A stretch of 40,000 nucleotides of DNA from Phycisphaerae bacterium (GCA_030426385.1 JAUHYI010000028.1:10032-50031); one strand, 5' to 3'. Positions 17,300 through 25,946 are shown, counted from the first letter of the stretch. Translations and numbers: made by a program. Notes: a model not told the origin generated them from the sequence alone.

Positions 17300-18317
17300 A
17301 TTACCGAGTCCAGGACAGATCGCGCAATGGGCCTGTGTGGCTGAGGTCAGTGCCAAAAAAGCGGGGAATGTGCATCCGGGGCAGGGCGGTGCGTTTTCGG
17401 ATTGTGATTGGGAATCGTTTGTGGTCAGCGCGATGGTATGTCGGCCGATTCTGGATCGTGTAGCCGAGTTGGGTGTAGGCCAGGCAGTGTTGGCCGCGGT
17501 GAAAGCGACGCGCGACGCGGTGGGGGTGAATACGAATTTAGGGATGTTGTTGCTGTTAGCGCCGTTGTGTGTGACGGTGGAACGCGAGGCATTGCGTGGC
17601 GTGTTGGATGGGATTGATGGGGATGCGATGTATAAAGCGATTCGGTTGGCCAAGCCCGGCGGGTTGGGAACGGTGGATGAGGGAGATGTGCATGATGCGG
17701 GTGGATTGGGACGCGAGAAGGACGGGGAGAGGGCTAAGCCGCAAGGGGCGGGTCATGCGAGTGGGAATGCAGGGGGAAAAGCGGGGGGAAACGTGGGGGG
17801 GAATGCGGGGGGAAATGTGGGGGGGGTTATGGATGCGATGCGTTTGGCCGAAGCGCGTGATGGGATTGCCCGCGAATATGTGAATGGATTTGCAGGCGTG
17901 TTTGATTTTGTAGCGCGGCGGTTGGTGGAACGATACGATGCGGGCGAAGCGCTTGACCGAGCGATTGTGCGGGTGCATCTGGAATTGATGGCGCGGCAGC
18001 CTGATACGTTGATTGCGCGTAAGTGTGGGCAGGGGGTTGCGGATGAATCGGCACGGCGGGCGCAGAAGGTTTTGGATTGTGAAGCGGCTGATTTTGATCG
18101 GGAATTTGTCGGGTTTGATGCATGGTTGCGGGCCGATGGGCACACGCGGAATCCGGGGACGAGTGCGGACCTGATAGCCGCGGGGTTGTTCGTGGCGATG
18201 GCGCGGGGCGAAATTACGATGCCCTGGCGATGGGATGATGCGATTGAGCCGACTTATGAATTGGATGATGACGAAAACGCTGACGGTATCGCTGGCGGTT
18301 ACGATGACGATGAATGA
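17292..18317 (+). CDS. Triphosphoribosyl-dephospho-CoA synthase (CitG/MdcB) family protein of H4MPT clusters
   Basis: ACVAEVSAKKAGNVHPG, NTNLGMLLL.APL, PDTLIARKCG and NPGTSADLIAA motifs of the CitG family. ATG 17292 overlaps the upstream stop. It carries an in-frame SGNAGGKAGGNVGGNAGGNVGG insertion. Confidence 0.75.
   Translation: MHKLPSPGQIAQWACVAEVSAKKAGNVHPGQGGAFSDCDWESFVVSAMVCRPILDRVAELGVGQAVLAAVKATRDAVGVNTNLGMLLLLAPLCVTVEREALRGVLDGIDGDAMYKAIRLAKPGGLGTVDEGDVHDAGGLGREKDGERAKPQGAGHASGNAGGKAGGNVGGNAGGNVGGVMDAMRLAEARDGIAREYVNGFAGVFDFVARRLVERYDAGEALDRAIVRVHLELMARQPDTLIARKCGQGVADESARRAQKVLDCEAADFDREFVGFDAWLRADGHTRNPGTSADLIAAGLFVAMARGEITMPWRWDDAIEPTYELDDDENADGIAGGYDDDE
17761..17827 (+). repeat. 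G-run 12-nt tandem repeat inside the CitG-like gene (in frame)
   Basis: gtgggaatgca gggggaaaagcg gggggaaacgtg ggggggaatgcg gggggaaatgtg ggggggg; five to six 12-nt units. Confidence 0.9.
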
Positions 18318-18341
18318 CACGACGTTGTAGGGCGATCAAGT

Positions 18342-19439
18342 ATGGCTGATGGGTGTGGTGAGCATGTGAACGTGTTGGCGCTGGACATCGGCGGGGCGAA
18401 TATCAAATGGGCCACGTCGAGCGGAGCGTATGGTTCGCATCCATTTGCGTTATGGAAAGCGCCGGAATTATTGGTGGATGCGTTGCGTGTGTTGGATCGC
18501 GAGCATATGCCGGGGCGTTGGCTGGTGACGATGACGGGCGAGTTGTGTGATTGTTTTGAAACCAAGCGAGCGGGGGTGGAGCATATTTTGCAGGCAGTGG
18601 TTTCGGCAGCGTCAGGGAAAAAAGATGAGGATGAAAACGGAAACGCGCGTGTCGTGGTGTGGGGATGTGGGCGCGGCGCGGGGGGATTTGTTTCGGTGGA
18701 TGACGCGAGGGATGATCCAATGTCGGTGTCTGCGGCGAACTGGCATGCGCAAGCGTCGGTGATTGGCAGGCGATATCCGGTTGGTCGGACGTTGCTGATT
18801 GATATGGGGTCGACGACGACGGATGTGATTCCTTTGCGAGATGGCCGAGTGGATGCGGTGGGTCTGACGGACACGGGGCGATTGGCTACGGGCGAGCTGG
18901 TGTATGTCGGCGCGCGGCGAACGGCATTGATGGGTGTGGTTGATCGCGTGGTTTGTCAGGGGCAAACCTATCGGGTGATGAACGAGCGTTTTGCGACGGC
19001 GTTGGATGTGCAGTTATTGTTGGGGCGGATGAATGATGATGCATCGAATGTGGATACCGCGGACAATCGACCTGCGACGCGGGACTGTGCGGTGACGCGG
19101 ATGTTGCGCATGATCGGTGCGGACCGTGAGATGATGTCGGTTGATGATGCGGTGGCGATCGCGCGATCGTTTGACAATGCGATGCGGCAACGCGTGTTGG
19201 ATGAATCGGTTTTGTCACTGGGTGCGAATAGCCATGATGATGTTCACCGATGGGATCGAATTGTGATTTCAGGTTCGGGCGAATGTGTGTTGTCCGCATG
19301 GTTCGCGGATTTGGGTTTGGATGCGAATTCGGCGCAAAGGCTATCGGTTGAACGATTGGGTGATATGGTCGGGCCGCAAGCGACGGAAGCGGCGTGTGCG
19401 TGGGCGTTGTTGCAACTGGATCAAGAAAAAGAAGATTGA
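18342..19439 (+). CDS. Hydantoinase-A/oxoprolinase-like protein of H4MPT/methanofuran clusters (MfnF-like)
   Basis: ASKHA-fold signatures LALDIGGANIK and LLIDMGSTTTDVIPL; size and context match the H4MPT-linked hydantoinase-A-like family. Confidence 0.7.
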   Translation: MADGCGEHVNVLALDIGGANIKWATSSGAYGSHPFALWKAPELLVDALRVLDREHMPGRWLVTMTGELCDCFETKRAGVEHILQAVVSAASGKKDEDENGNARVVVWGCGRGAGGFVSVDDARDDPMSVSAANWHAQASVIGRRYPVGRTLLIDMGSTTTDVIPLRDGRVDAVGLTDTGRLATGELVYVGARRTALMGVVDRVVCQGQTYRVMNERFATALDVQLLLGRMNDDASNVDTADNRPATRDCAVTRMLRMIGADREMMSVDDAVAIARSFDNAMRQRVLDESVLSLGANSHDDVHRWDRIVISGSGECVLSAWFADLGLDANSAQRLSVERLGDMVGPQATEAACAWALLQLDQEKED

Positions 19440-19440
19440 C

Positions 19441-20076
19441 ATGAATACGGATTGTCCACGACATGTGATCAAGCTTGGCGGCAGTTTGTTGAGCCTGTCT
19501 GATTGGGGTGAGCGGCTGGTGCGTTTTTTAGCCTCGAGCGATGAGGAAGTGCTGGAAAAAGAAGGAAAAAAAGGGGGGCAAGTGGCCCGATGCGGTGGGG
19601 TGTTGGTCGTGGGTGGTGGTGGTGCTGCGGATATGGTGCGGGCATGGTGTGCGACCCATGAGATTGATGATGCGACGGGACACGAGTTGGCTGTTGATGC
19701 GATGCGGTTTAATGCGGGGATGGTCGTGGCGGTGTTGCGAAAATTAGACGTGGACTATCAGTGGGTGGCACGCGGGGACGACTTGGATCGTTTGCACGAC
19801 GGTTGCCTGGCGATCATTGATCCGGTGACGTGGCTTGCTCATGCGGACGTGCCGCGGGTCTGGCAATTCACCAGCGATTCGATTGCAGCACGCGTGGCCA
19901 CGGATATCGAGGCGGGACGTTTGACGTTATTGAAAAGCACGTTGCCGAATGACGATGATGCGGTTGCATCGGCGGGCATCGTGGATGATTGGTTTGCTCG
20001 GGCGTCGGCAAGTTTGCCTTGGGTGGAGCTGGTTAATTTGCGTGATGATGCGTTGCCGGCGTGGCGGCTGCGATGA
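19441..20076 (+). CDS. Amino-acid-kinase-fold protein of H4MPT/methanofuran clusters (MfnE-like candidate)
   Basis: N-terminal VIKLGGSLL and VLVVGGGGAAD motifs of the aspartate/glutamate/uridylate kinase fold. ATG 19441 directly follows the upstream stop (19437-19439). The upstream part of track ORF 19285-20076 is a shadow frame. Confidence 0.65.
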   Translation: MNTDCPRHVIKLGGSLLSLSDWGERLVRFLASSDEEVLEKEGKKGGQVARCGGVLVVGGGGAADMVRAWCATHEIDDATGHELAVDAMRFNAGMVVAVLRKLDVDYQWVARGDDLDRLHDGCLAIIDPVTWLAHADVPRVWQFTSDSIAARVATDIEAGRLTLLKSTLPNDDDAVASAGIVDDWFARASASLPWVELVNLRDDALPAWRLR

Positions 20077-20779
20077 TCTGCTTCAGCTCGGCGACACGTT
20101 GCGCGTCGATGGCTGATTGCCGATCGTGATTGGTGCAAGCTGCTCCACGGACCGCGATGATATCGGGACGCAATGTGGCAACCTGTTGGACAAGCTCGCT
20201 GCGCAACGAACCGGCCAGCGCGATGAATAGGCCGTCGGCATGGGCACGATTGATCCAGGCGTTGAGTTGGCCGGGCGTGGCGTGGTCCAACAATGTTTGG
20301 CCGTTTTTGATGGCGGTGTCGATCAGGATCCCCGCCGCGCGATGGGTGATGGCGTAGTCGATGATTTCATCGACAGTGGGTGTGGGTGTGGGTGGTGGGG
20401 GGGAGGTGGTGGGGGGGATTGATGCGTGGTCGGCGTAGGCGGTGGGGATCAAGCGTGGGTGGCCGGTGAGTTGTGCGCGCCAATCACGTGGCGCGTTGGC
20501 CAAACCAATTTTGACGAAATCCAGCGGAATATCGCTGGGAAAACGATCGGTTTGATCGACCAGTTCGCCCAGGGCTGCGCTGACAGGGAGGTAGGGTTGC
20601 GATTGATTCGCCTGTTGTTGTTGGTGTTGTTTGACGGTGGCGACGATCGCTCGAATCACGTCATGGTCAGCGCGACCCAATGCGCCATGGGCGGGTTCTT
20701 TGATATCGATGATGTCAGCGCCACCCGCCATGGCGGCGCGGCATTCATCGACATGGCGCACACTGACCAGCAATTGCAT
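20033..20779 (-). CDS. mfnB: (5-formylfuran-3-yl)methyl phosphate synthase (MfnB, DUF556 family), methanofuran biosynthesis
   Basis: MQLLVSVR...EC..A..GGADIIDIKEP..GALG, DFVKIGL, ILIDT..K and ALAGSL motifs of the MfnB family. It contains Q-rich and PPPPTPTPT insertions. Confidence 0.8.
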   Translation of the reverse strand: MQLLVSVRHVDECRAAMAGGADIIDIKEPAHGALGRADHDVIRAIVATVKQHQQQQANQSQPYLPVSAALGELVDQTDRFPSDIPLDFVKIGLANAPRDWRAQLTGHPRLIPTAYADHASIPPTTSPPPPTPTPTVDEIIDYAITHRAAGILIDTAIKNGQTLLDHATPGQLNAWINRAHADGLFIALAGSLRSELVQQVATLRPDIIAVRGAACTNHDRQSAIDAQRVAELKQIIAAATPATHHHAN

Positions 20780-20784
20780 CGCGA

Positions 20785-22080
20785 CTATTCCTTGCTGCCC
20801 ACGGGAGTTTGTTGAGGAGCGTTCGTGTCGGACTGTTCGTCCGAATTATTCAGGCCATCCGTTTTCATGAGTTCCTGCAACACCACGGTCGCGTACGCGC
20901 CGGGTGGCAATTCAAAACTCAATCGGATGTACGGGCCGTTTTCATCGACACCGCCTGCGATATCCGGATCGCGTAATGGCACGCGCAATGATCGGCGACT
21001 GCCGCGCAGTGAGGCGAGATCCGATTCGGTTAAATCGCATTCGGCCAGGACTTCATTTTCCAAGGTCGCGACGGCGTCGGTGGGTTGCATCATGTCGGCA
21101 CCCCAGATCGGTCCGCTGGGTGAAACTTTTTGCGAGGGGATGCGTCCGTCGTTGCTGTTTTCTAATGTGGCGGTGTCAGCATCGACGGTAAAAATTGAGC
21201 CGTTGTCATGTTTGTAAGCCAGATCGCCGGGTAACAAGCGATCGAATGTTTTGTTTTGCAAACGTTTTTCGAGCACGCGATTGAACAGGTCACTTTGCAA
21301 GGCATTGAGGAAAAATCGGCGTTGCTCTTCATCGAGTTTTTTGGCCGCGTCCGATTTGGATACGCCTTGCCGTAACAGGTCGAGGGCGTGTCGTTCCTGA
21401 TGCGCGTATTTTGGCCAATGGGATAACGCGGTGTCATAGTCGCCACGTTGATAGGCTTCGCGGCCTGCAGCGATATCCACATTTTCCGACGCGATGCTAT
21501 GGCCCAAGAGCAAGTCCATGGCAGACTCAAATTCGTTGAGCAATAACGCGCGGCCGATCTGGTGATTGATGTGTCGATAGCCGAAGCGTTGTTCGCCGAA
21601 ATAGTTGGGCACGCCACACCGGGTCAACATGTCAAGGATGGGCCGAGCCCGCAGGACGGCGGTCGGGTCGACATCACGGATGTAAATCACAAACCGATTG
21701 CCTGCCAGATGGCCGCGTCGCAATTTGGTGGTGGTTCGCTCAGCCCAGAGCAATTTGAACGGCGTGTGCCGAATGTTTTCCAGTCGCTTTTGTTCTTCGT
21801 CAGGATCAACGCGGCCGGGCAGGTGTACGGTCAGGTGTTGACGAGTGATCGCATGCTTATCCTTCAAGCCTGCGTAGCCGATATCGGATCGACGTACGCG
21901 AAACAGCTTGGCCAAACGTCGGACCATGTCAGTGGTGGCAGCGCCGCGTTTTTCGACGTAGAGCATCAGGTGCTCGCCCTCGCCGGACGGTTGATAGAGG
22001 GGTTGTTCTTCGACGAGAAAATCATCAGGCCGGGCCTTGATGCGTCCGCCTACGCCGGGAATATCGTCAGTCAAATACAT
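20785..22080 (-). CDS. truD: tRNA pseudouridine(13) synthase TruD
   Basis: DDF.V.E, GYAGLKDKHAITRQ and PNYFGEQRFG motifs. The start is ATG 22080 (alternative TTG 22104). Confidence 0.85.
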   Translation of the reverse strand: MYLTDDIPGVGGRIKARPDDFLVEEQPLYQPSGEGEHLMLYVEKRGAATTDMVRRLAKLFRVRRSDIGYAGLKDKHAITRQHLTVHLPGRVDPDEEQKRLENIRHTPFKLLWAERTTTKLRRGHLAGNRFVIYIRDVDPTAVLRARPILDMLTRCGVPNYFGEQRFGYRHINHQIGRALLLNEFESAMDLLLGHSIASENVDIAAGREAYQRGDYDTALSHWPKYAHQERHALDLLRQGVSKSDAAKKLDEEQRRFFLNALQSDLFNRVLEKRLQNKTFDRLLPGDLAYKHDNGSIFTVDADTATLENSNDGRIPSQKVSPSGPIWGADMMQPTDAVATLENEVLAECDLTESDLASLRGSRRSLRVPLRDPDIAGGVDENGPYIRLSFELPPGAYATVVLQELMKTDGLNNSDEQSDTNAPQQTPVGSKE

Positions 22081-22100
22081 GTTGTTTTTTGCGCCTGTTT

Positions 22101-23081
22101 TCAATCTTCGGGCGCGTTGTTTTTGACCAAGCCCTGGAACGCTTCGAGTAAGCGTTTGGTCATCAGCCCGGGTTGTCCGTTGCCAATGGCACGTCCGTCG
22201 ACCTTGGTCACGGGAATAATTTCCGCCGCGGTGCCGGTCAAGAACATTTCGTCAGCGGTGTAGAGGTCATGTTTGGTCAGGTCGGGGCGAGTCACCGGAA
22301 TGCCTGCTTTTTGTGCCAGGGCGATGACCGTGTTCATGGTGATGCCTTCGAGGGCACCGGCATGCAACGGTGGTGTCATCAATACGGGTTTGCCGGTCGG
22401 ATCGGGTCGCACGATAAAAATGTTATCGCCGGTGCATTCGGCCACGTAGCCTTGCGGGTTGAGCATCACCGCTTCCAGCAGGCCCGCGTCGATGGCTTCG
22501 ATCTTGGCAAGGATGTTGTTGAGGTAGTTCATGCTCTTGATGCGCGGCGACAGGGCGCCGGGATGGTTGCGCATCACGGACGAGGTGATCACGGTCATGC
22601 CGTTTTTGTAGAGCTCTTCGGGATACAGTGTGATTTTGTCAGCGATGATAAATACGCTTGGCTTGGCACAGGTGAATGGATGTAACCCGAGTGCTCCGAC
22701 GCCGCGTGTGACACACAGACGGATGTAACCATCGGTGAGCTTGTTGGCTTGGACGGTCTGGCGTGTGGCGGTGGCTAGTTCTTCGATGGACAGGGGGATA
22801 TCCAGACGGATCGCCTGGGCCGATTCGTAGAGCCTTCGCAGGTGAGTGCCGAGTTTGAAAATTCGGTTGTTGTAGACGCGGATGCCTTCGAACACGCCGT
22901 CGCCGTAGAGCAGGCCGTGGTCGAACACACTGACCATGGCTTCGCCCGGTGGCACGAGTTTGCCGTCGAGGTAGATGCGTTTGTCCGCATGTTGAGCCGA
23001 GGGTGTTTCCACCGGTGAGGCAGCTGCGGTGGAAGAGGCGTCTGAGGCCGTTGTTGCCGGCTTGTTTGATAGGGTAGTCAC
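22101..23081 (-). CDS. ilvE: Branched-chain amino acid aminotransferase (class IV)
   Basis: DHGLLYGDGVFEGIR.Y, YIR..VTRG, K..NYLNNILAK.EA and ECTGDNIF motifs. GTG start with a 30-aa S/T/A-rich N-terminal extension. Confidence 0.9.
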   Translation of the reverse strand: MTTLSNKPATTASDASSTAAASPVETPSAQHADKRIYLDGKLVPPGEAMVSVFDHGLLYGDGVFEGIRVYNNRIFKLGTHLRRLYESAQAIRLDIPLSIEELATATRQTVQANKLTDGYIRLCVTRGVGALGLHPFTCAKPSVFIIADKITLYPEELYKNGMTVITSSVMRNHPGALSPRIKSMNYLNNILAKIEAIDAGLLEAVMLNPQGYVAECTGDNIFIVRPDPTGKPVLMTPPLHAGALEGITMNTVIALAQKAGIPVTRPDLTKHDLYTADEMFLTGTAAEIIPVTKVDGRAIGNGQPGLMTKRLLEAFQGLVKNNAPED

Positions 23082-23174
23082 AGTAAAAGCTCCGACAGGG
23101 GGAATCTACCAGTATACATCGTCAAATCCCAAGGAACATCCTAATGTGGGGCGAGCCGATGAATTAAATCGTGC

Positions 23175-23210
23175 AAAAAAAATGCCGGGCGGCACAAAGG
23201 CCGACCCGGC
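23175..23210 (-). terminator. Rho-independent terminator downstream of tsf
   Basis: The minus strand reads GCCGGGTCGGC-CTTTGT-GCCGCCCGGC followed by A-TTTTTTTT: a 10-bp GC-rich stem with a one-base bulge, a 6-nt loop and a T8 tract, 47 nt after the tsf stop. Confidence 0.8.
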
Positions 23211-23257
23211 TAGGGGGGGTAAAATTGGGGGCAAATCCCAATCGCCTGATATGACGA

Positions 23258-24061
23258 TTATTCGCCCAGTTTGTACCGCACGAAAGCGGTGATTTTGGCA
23301 CCCTTGGGCAGGAAATCACGGACTGGTTTTTTCGAGTCCATTTCCCGCAGGTACTGTTGTCCCAATAGGGTATTGTCGTCGATCCATTTACGCAATTTGC
23401 CGGTGGCAATTTTCTCAGCAATTTCCTGAGGCTTGCCTGATGCCTTGGCTTCTTCGATGGCGGCCTGTTTGTTCTTTTCGACCTCATCGGCGGGCAGGCC
23501 TGCCTGGTCGACGGCGATCGGTGTGGGGACCGAAGCGGCGATGTGCTGGCAAATGCCGGTGAGCAGGTCGTCGGACAGATCGCCTTCGCCAGCGATGATG
23601 ACGCCGACCTGACGATTGTGGTGCAGGTATGAGCCGACCTTCTCGCCGGAGAGCTTGTGGCCCTTGGCGACGGAAATGTTTTCCTTGATGGTGATGCGCA
23701 GCTCATCGGTGATGGCGGTCATCGCTTCGGTCGCGGTGATGTCGCCGTCGGCTTCGCTGACAGCCATCTCGGCGATTTTGTCGGCCGCTTCGACGAAGGT
23801 GTCGTTCTTGGCAGCAAAGTCGGTTTCAGACTGTAGCTGGATGATGGCTACTTGGCCGTCCTTGGCTGACAGAGCGATGGTGCCTTCGCCCGCTTCGCGG
23901 TCGGCACGCTCGTCCATTTTGCCCTTGAGCTGTTTACGCAGCAATTCAATGGCCGCGTCGATATCGCCGTCGGTTTCGGTGAGTGCTTTTTTGCACTCCA
24001 TCATGCCCAAGCCGGTGCGGTTGCGCAGGCTCATGACGTCTTTGGCGCTGATGGTCGCCAT
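23258..24061 (-). CDS. tsf: Elongation factor Ts
   Basis: MATISAKDVMSLRNRTGLGMMECKKALTETDGDIDAAIELLRK: the canonical EF-Ts UBA-like N-terminus and core. Confidence 0.95.
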   Translation of the reverse strand: MATISAKDVMSLRNRTGLGMMECKKALTETDGDIDAAIELLRKQLKGKMDERADREAGEGTIALSAKDGQVAIIQLQSETDFAAKNDTFVEAADKIAEMAVSEADGDITATEAMTAITDELRITIKENISVAKGHKLSGEKVGSYLHHNRQVGVIIAGEGDLSDDLLTGICQHIAASVPTPIAVDQAGLPADEVEKNKQAAIEEAKASGKPQEIAEKIATGKLRKWIDDNTLLGQQYLREMDSKKPVRDFLPKGAKITAFVRYKLGE

Positions 24062-24150
24062 GGGGGGAATCTCCGGTTGGACCCGCGTGTGGTGCGGGTC
24101 GGTGTGTTTGAAATCAAAAAACGTAAAAACGTATTAACAGGTAAAAATTA

Positions 24151-24210
24151 CACGTAGCCTACCCTTGTCTATCGTGGCCTACCCTGGCCCGTCGTGGCCT
24201 ACCGTCGTTT
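24151..24210. repeat. Three tandem 20-bp repeats in the rpsB-tsf spacer
   Basis: cacgtagcctacccttgtct / atcgtggcctaccctggccc / gtcgtggcctaccgtcgttt. The core (A/G)GCCTACC sits at exactly 20-nt spacing (24156, 24176, 24196). Confidence 0.8.
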
Positions 24211-24341
24211 TATTCAAGACCCATCAAACCCAATTGAGCCGACGAAACACATGAAATGACACATGTCAGGCAAGCAAGGGAAACGCAGGGTACGTGGCCG
24301 ACGACGGCAGTGCTGGGCTGGTGTGGGGGGGGGGTGGGGGG

Positions 24342-25229
24342 TTAGGCTTGGGGTTCAGCGGCGGCGACGGGCTCAGCCGGTGAGGCTGGTGGCGTGGCCG
24401 GTGCTGCGGGGGCTTCGGTTGTTTCGGCAGCGGCGGTTTCACCAGCGGCCGGGGCTTCGCTATTGTCAGCCGAGAACATGGCTCGTCGGCTACGTTTGCG
24501 TTGCGGTTCACCGCTGGCATTGTTGTCTTGACCGCGGGCAGCCACGGTACGCGTGCCTTTGCCTTCGTTGACGGCGGCACACAATTGCGAGATGACCACT
24601 TCGATCGAACGCATGGCATCATCGTTGCCGGGGATGGCAATGTCAGCCATGTCGGGATCCGAATCGGTGTCGATCAGGCAGATGGTGGGGATGCCGAGTT
24701 TACGGGCTTCCTTGACCGCGTTGGTTTCGCGTTTGACATCGACGATGACCAATGCGCCGGGGAGCTTGGTCATGTTGCGAATGCCGTCGAGGTTGCGTTT
24801 GATTTTGGTGCGTTCGCGCATCAACTGTGATTCCATTTTCTTGGAATAGTTGTTGATTTCGCCGGACTCGACGAGGTTGTCGAGTTCATCAAGGCGTTTG
24901 AGGCGTTCGCGAATGGTGCGGAAGTTGGTGAGCGTGCCACCGAGCCAACGTTCGGTGACGTAAGGCATGCCGGTTTCGCCGACGATGGTTTCGATGCAGT
25001 TGCGGGCCTGTCGTTTGGTGCCGACGAAGAGGACGTCTTTGCCCGAGCCGACCAGTTGTGTCAGGTATCGTCGAGCGAGCAACAAGCCCTTGACGGTGGT
25101 TTTCACATCAATGATGTGGATCTTGTTGCGTTTGCCGTAAATGTACGGCGCCATCTTGGGGTTCCAGTTGGTGGCACGGTGGCCAAAATGGATACCGGCT
25201 TCAACGAGGTCTTTGACGAGAGATGCCAT
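24342..25229 (-). CDS. rpsB: 30S ribosomal protein S2
   Basis: [10 protein letters not shown]....[43 protein letters not shown] upstream. The C-terminal tail is A/P/E-rich. Confidence 0.95.
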   Translation of the reverse strand: MASLVKDLVEAGIHFGHRATNWNPKMAPYIYGKRNKIHIIDVKTTVKGLLLARRYLTQLVGSGKDVLFVGTKRQARNCIETIVGETGMPYVTERWLGGTLTNFRTIRERLKRLDELDNLVESGEINNYSKKMESQLMRERTKIKRNLDGIRNMTKLPGALVIVDVKRETNAVKEARKLGIPTICLIDTDSDPDMADIAIPGNDDAMRSIEVVISQLCAAVNEGKGTRTVAARGQDNNASGEPQRKRSRRAMFSADNSEAPAAGETAAAETTEAPAAPATPPASPAEPVAAAEPQA

Positions 25230-25510
25230 AACGAGCTCCTGGGAAAGTGTCGGCCGATCGGTGACGGTCCTATGTGAGCCTTTTTGGACTCATTGGCAGG
25301 GTTGCGTCACGAACCACCCTTGTCCGAATTATCCCGAGTTTGCCAACGTTTTGAGGGTCTTGCGGACCTTGAGACGTTGTTTATACCTGGGAAAAGGTGG
25401 GGGGCTCAGCCTGTTTGTCCGTAAAATCTTCAATATTTACGGTGAAAAAAGCGTCGCTCCAAACTGCTCGACCATCGAGCTGGACCGACGACAACATTTT
25501 GTATTATGAA

Positions 25511-25582
25511 CCACCCCCCCCACATTCCCCCCCACACGTACCCACATTTCCCCTCCGTGCCTCCCGCATTTCCCCCGCAATT
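25511..25582 (-). repeat. G-run repeat block (C-rich on the plus strand), intergenic upstream of rpsB
   Basis: ccaccccccccacattcccccccacacgtacccacatttcccctccgtgcctcccgcatttcccccgcaatttc. Confidence 0.8.
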
Positions 25583-25766
25583 TCGTACACGCTCTCCGCA
25601 TGCACGTGGCACAGCTTGTACCCTCACTTCAAATGGTTCAGTAGCGCAAAAACCCATTGTACGCATCGTCAGCATACTTGCAAGTGGCAGGGGTCAAACT
25701 GAACACGCGATGCCTGCGGTCGTCACCCGATCCATGCGAATGGCAAGTGGAATAGCAAGGATAGTG

Positions 25767-25824
25767 CGGTGGGGTGTTGGGGGGAGGGGAGTGGGATGGA
25801 GTGGAGGGGGGGAGTGGGGGGGAG
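25767..25824 (+). repeat. G-run repeat block, intergenic, G-rich on the plus strand
   Basis: cggtggggtgttggggggaggggagtgggatggagtggagggggggagtgggggggag. Confidence 0.75.
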
Positions 25825-25866
25825 CGAATAATCCCAATCCCGATAAAAACCATGCATGTGGTAAAT

Positions 25867-25946
25867 CGTTAGCCGCCGCCTTCATGGCGGCGCGATGGTC
25901 TAGGTTTGACGCACGTTTCGCGCCGCCGTGAAGGCGGCGGCTAACG
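25867..25946. repeat. Palindromic double-hairpin element, copy 3
   Basis: The arms at 25867-25892 and 25921-25946 are the same as in copies 1 and 2, except for paired substitutions in the arm loops (TTTAT to TTCAT, ATAAA to GTGAA). Confidence 0.85.

Noticed and set aside
16212-17653. 277-aa and 423-aa minus-strand ORFs (16212-17045, 16382-17653)
   Set aside because: They are antisense shadows of the ATP-grasp and CitG-like genes. They are P/H/R-rich and contain poly-Pro encoded by the G-run repeats.
25607-25621. TGGCAC-N5-GTAC resembling a sigma-54 -24/-12 promoter
   Set aside because: The -12 GC dinucleotide is missing at the required spacing, and there is no plus-strand gene downstream.
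25397-25931. Small ORFs in the rpsB-EPS junction (25397-25702 +, 25430-25675 -, 25506-25931 +, 25638-25885 -)
   Set aside because: They are composed almost entirely of translated G-run and palindromic repeats (PPH.., GGG.., LAAAFMAA) and have no independent coding signal.
8797-25946. Conserved repeats separated by variable spacers, considered as a possible CRISPR-like array
   Set aside because: The repeats are inverted arms of single palindromic elements dispersed kilobases apart. They are not direct repeats in a regular array, and there are no cas genes.
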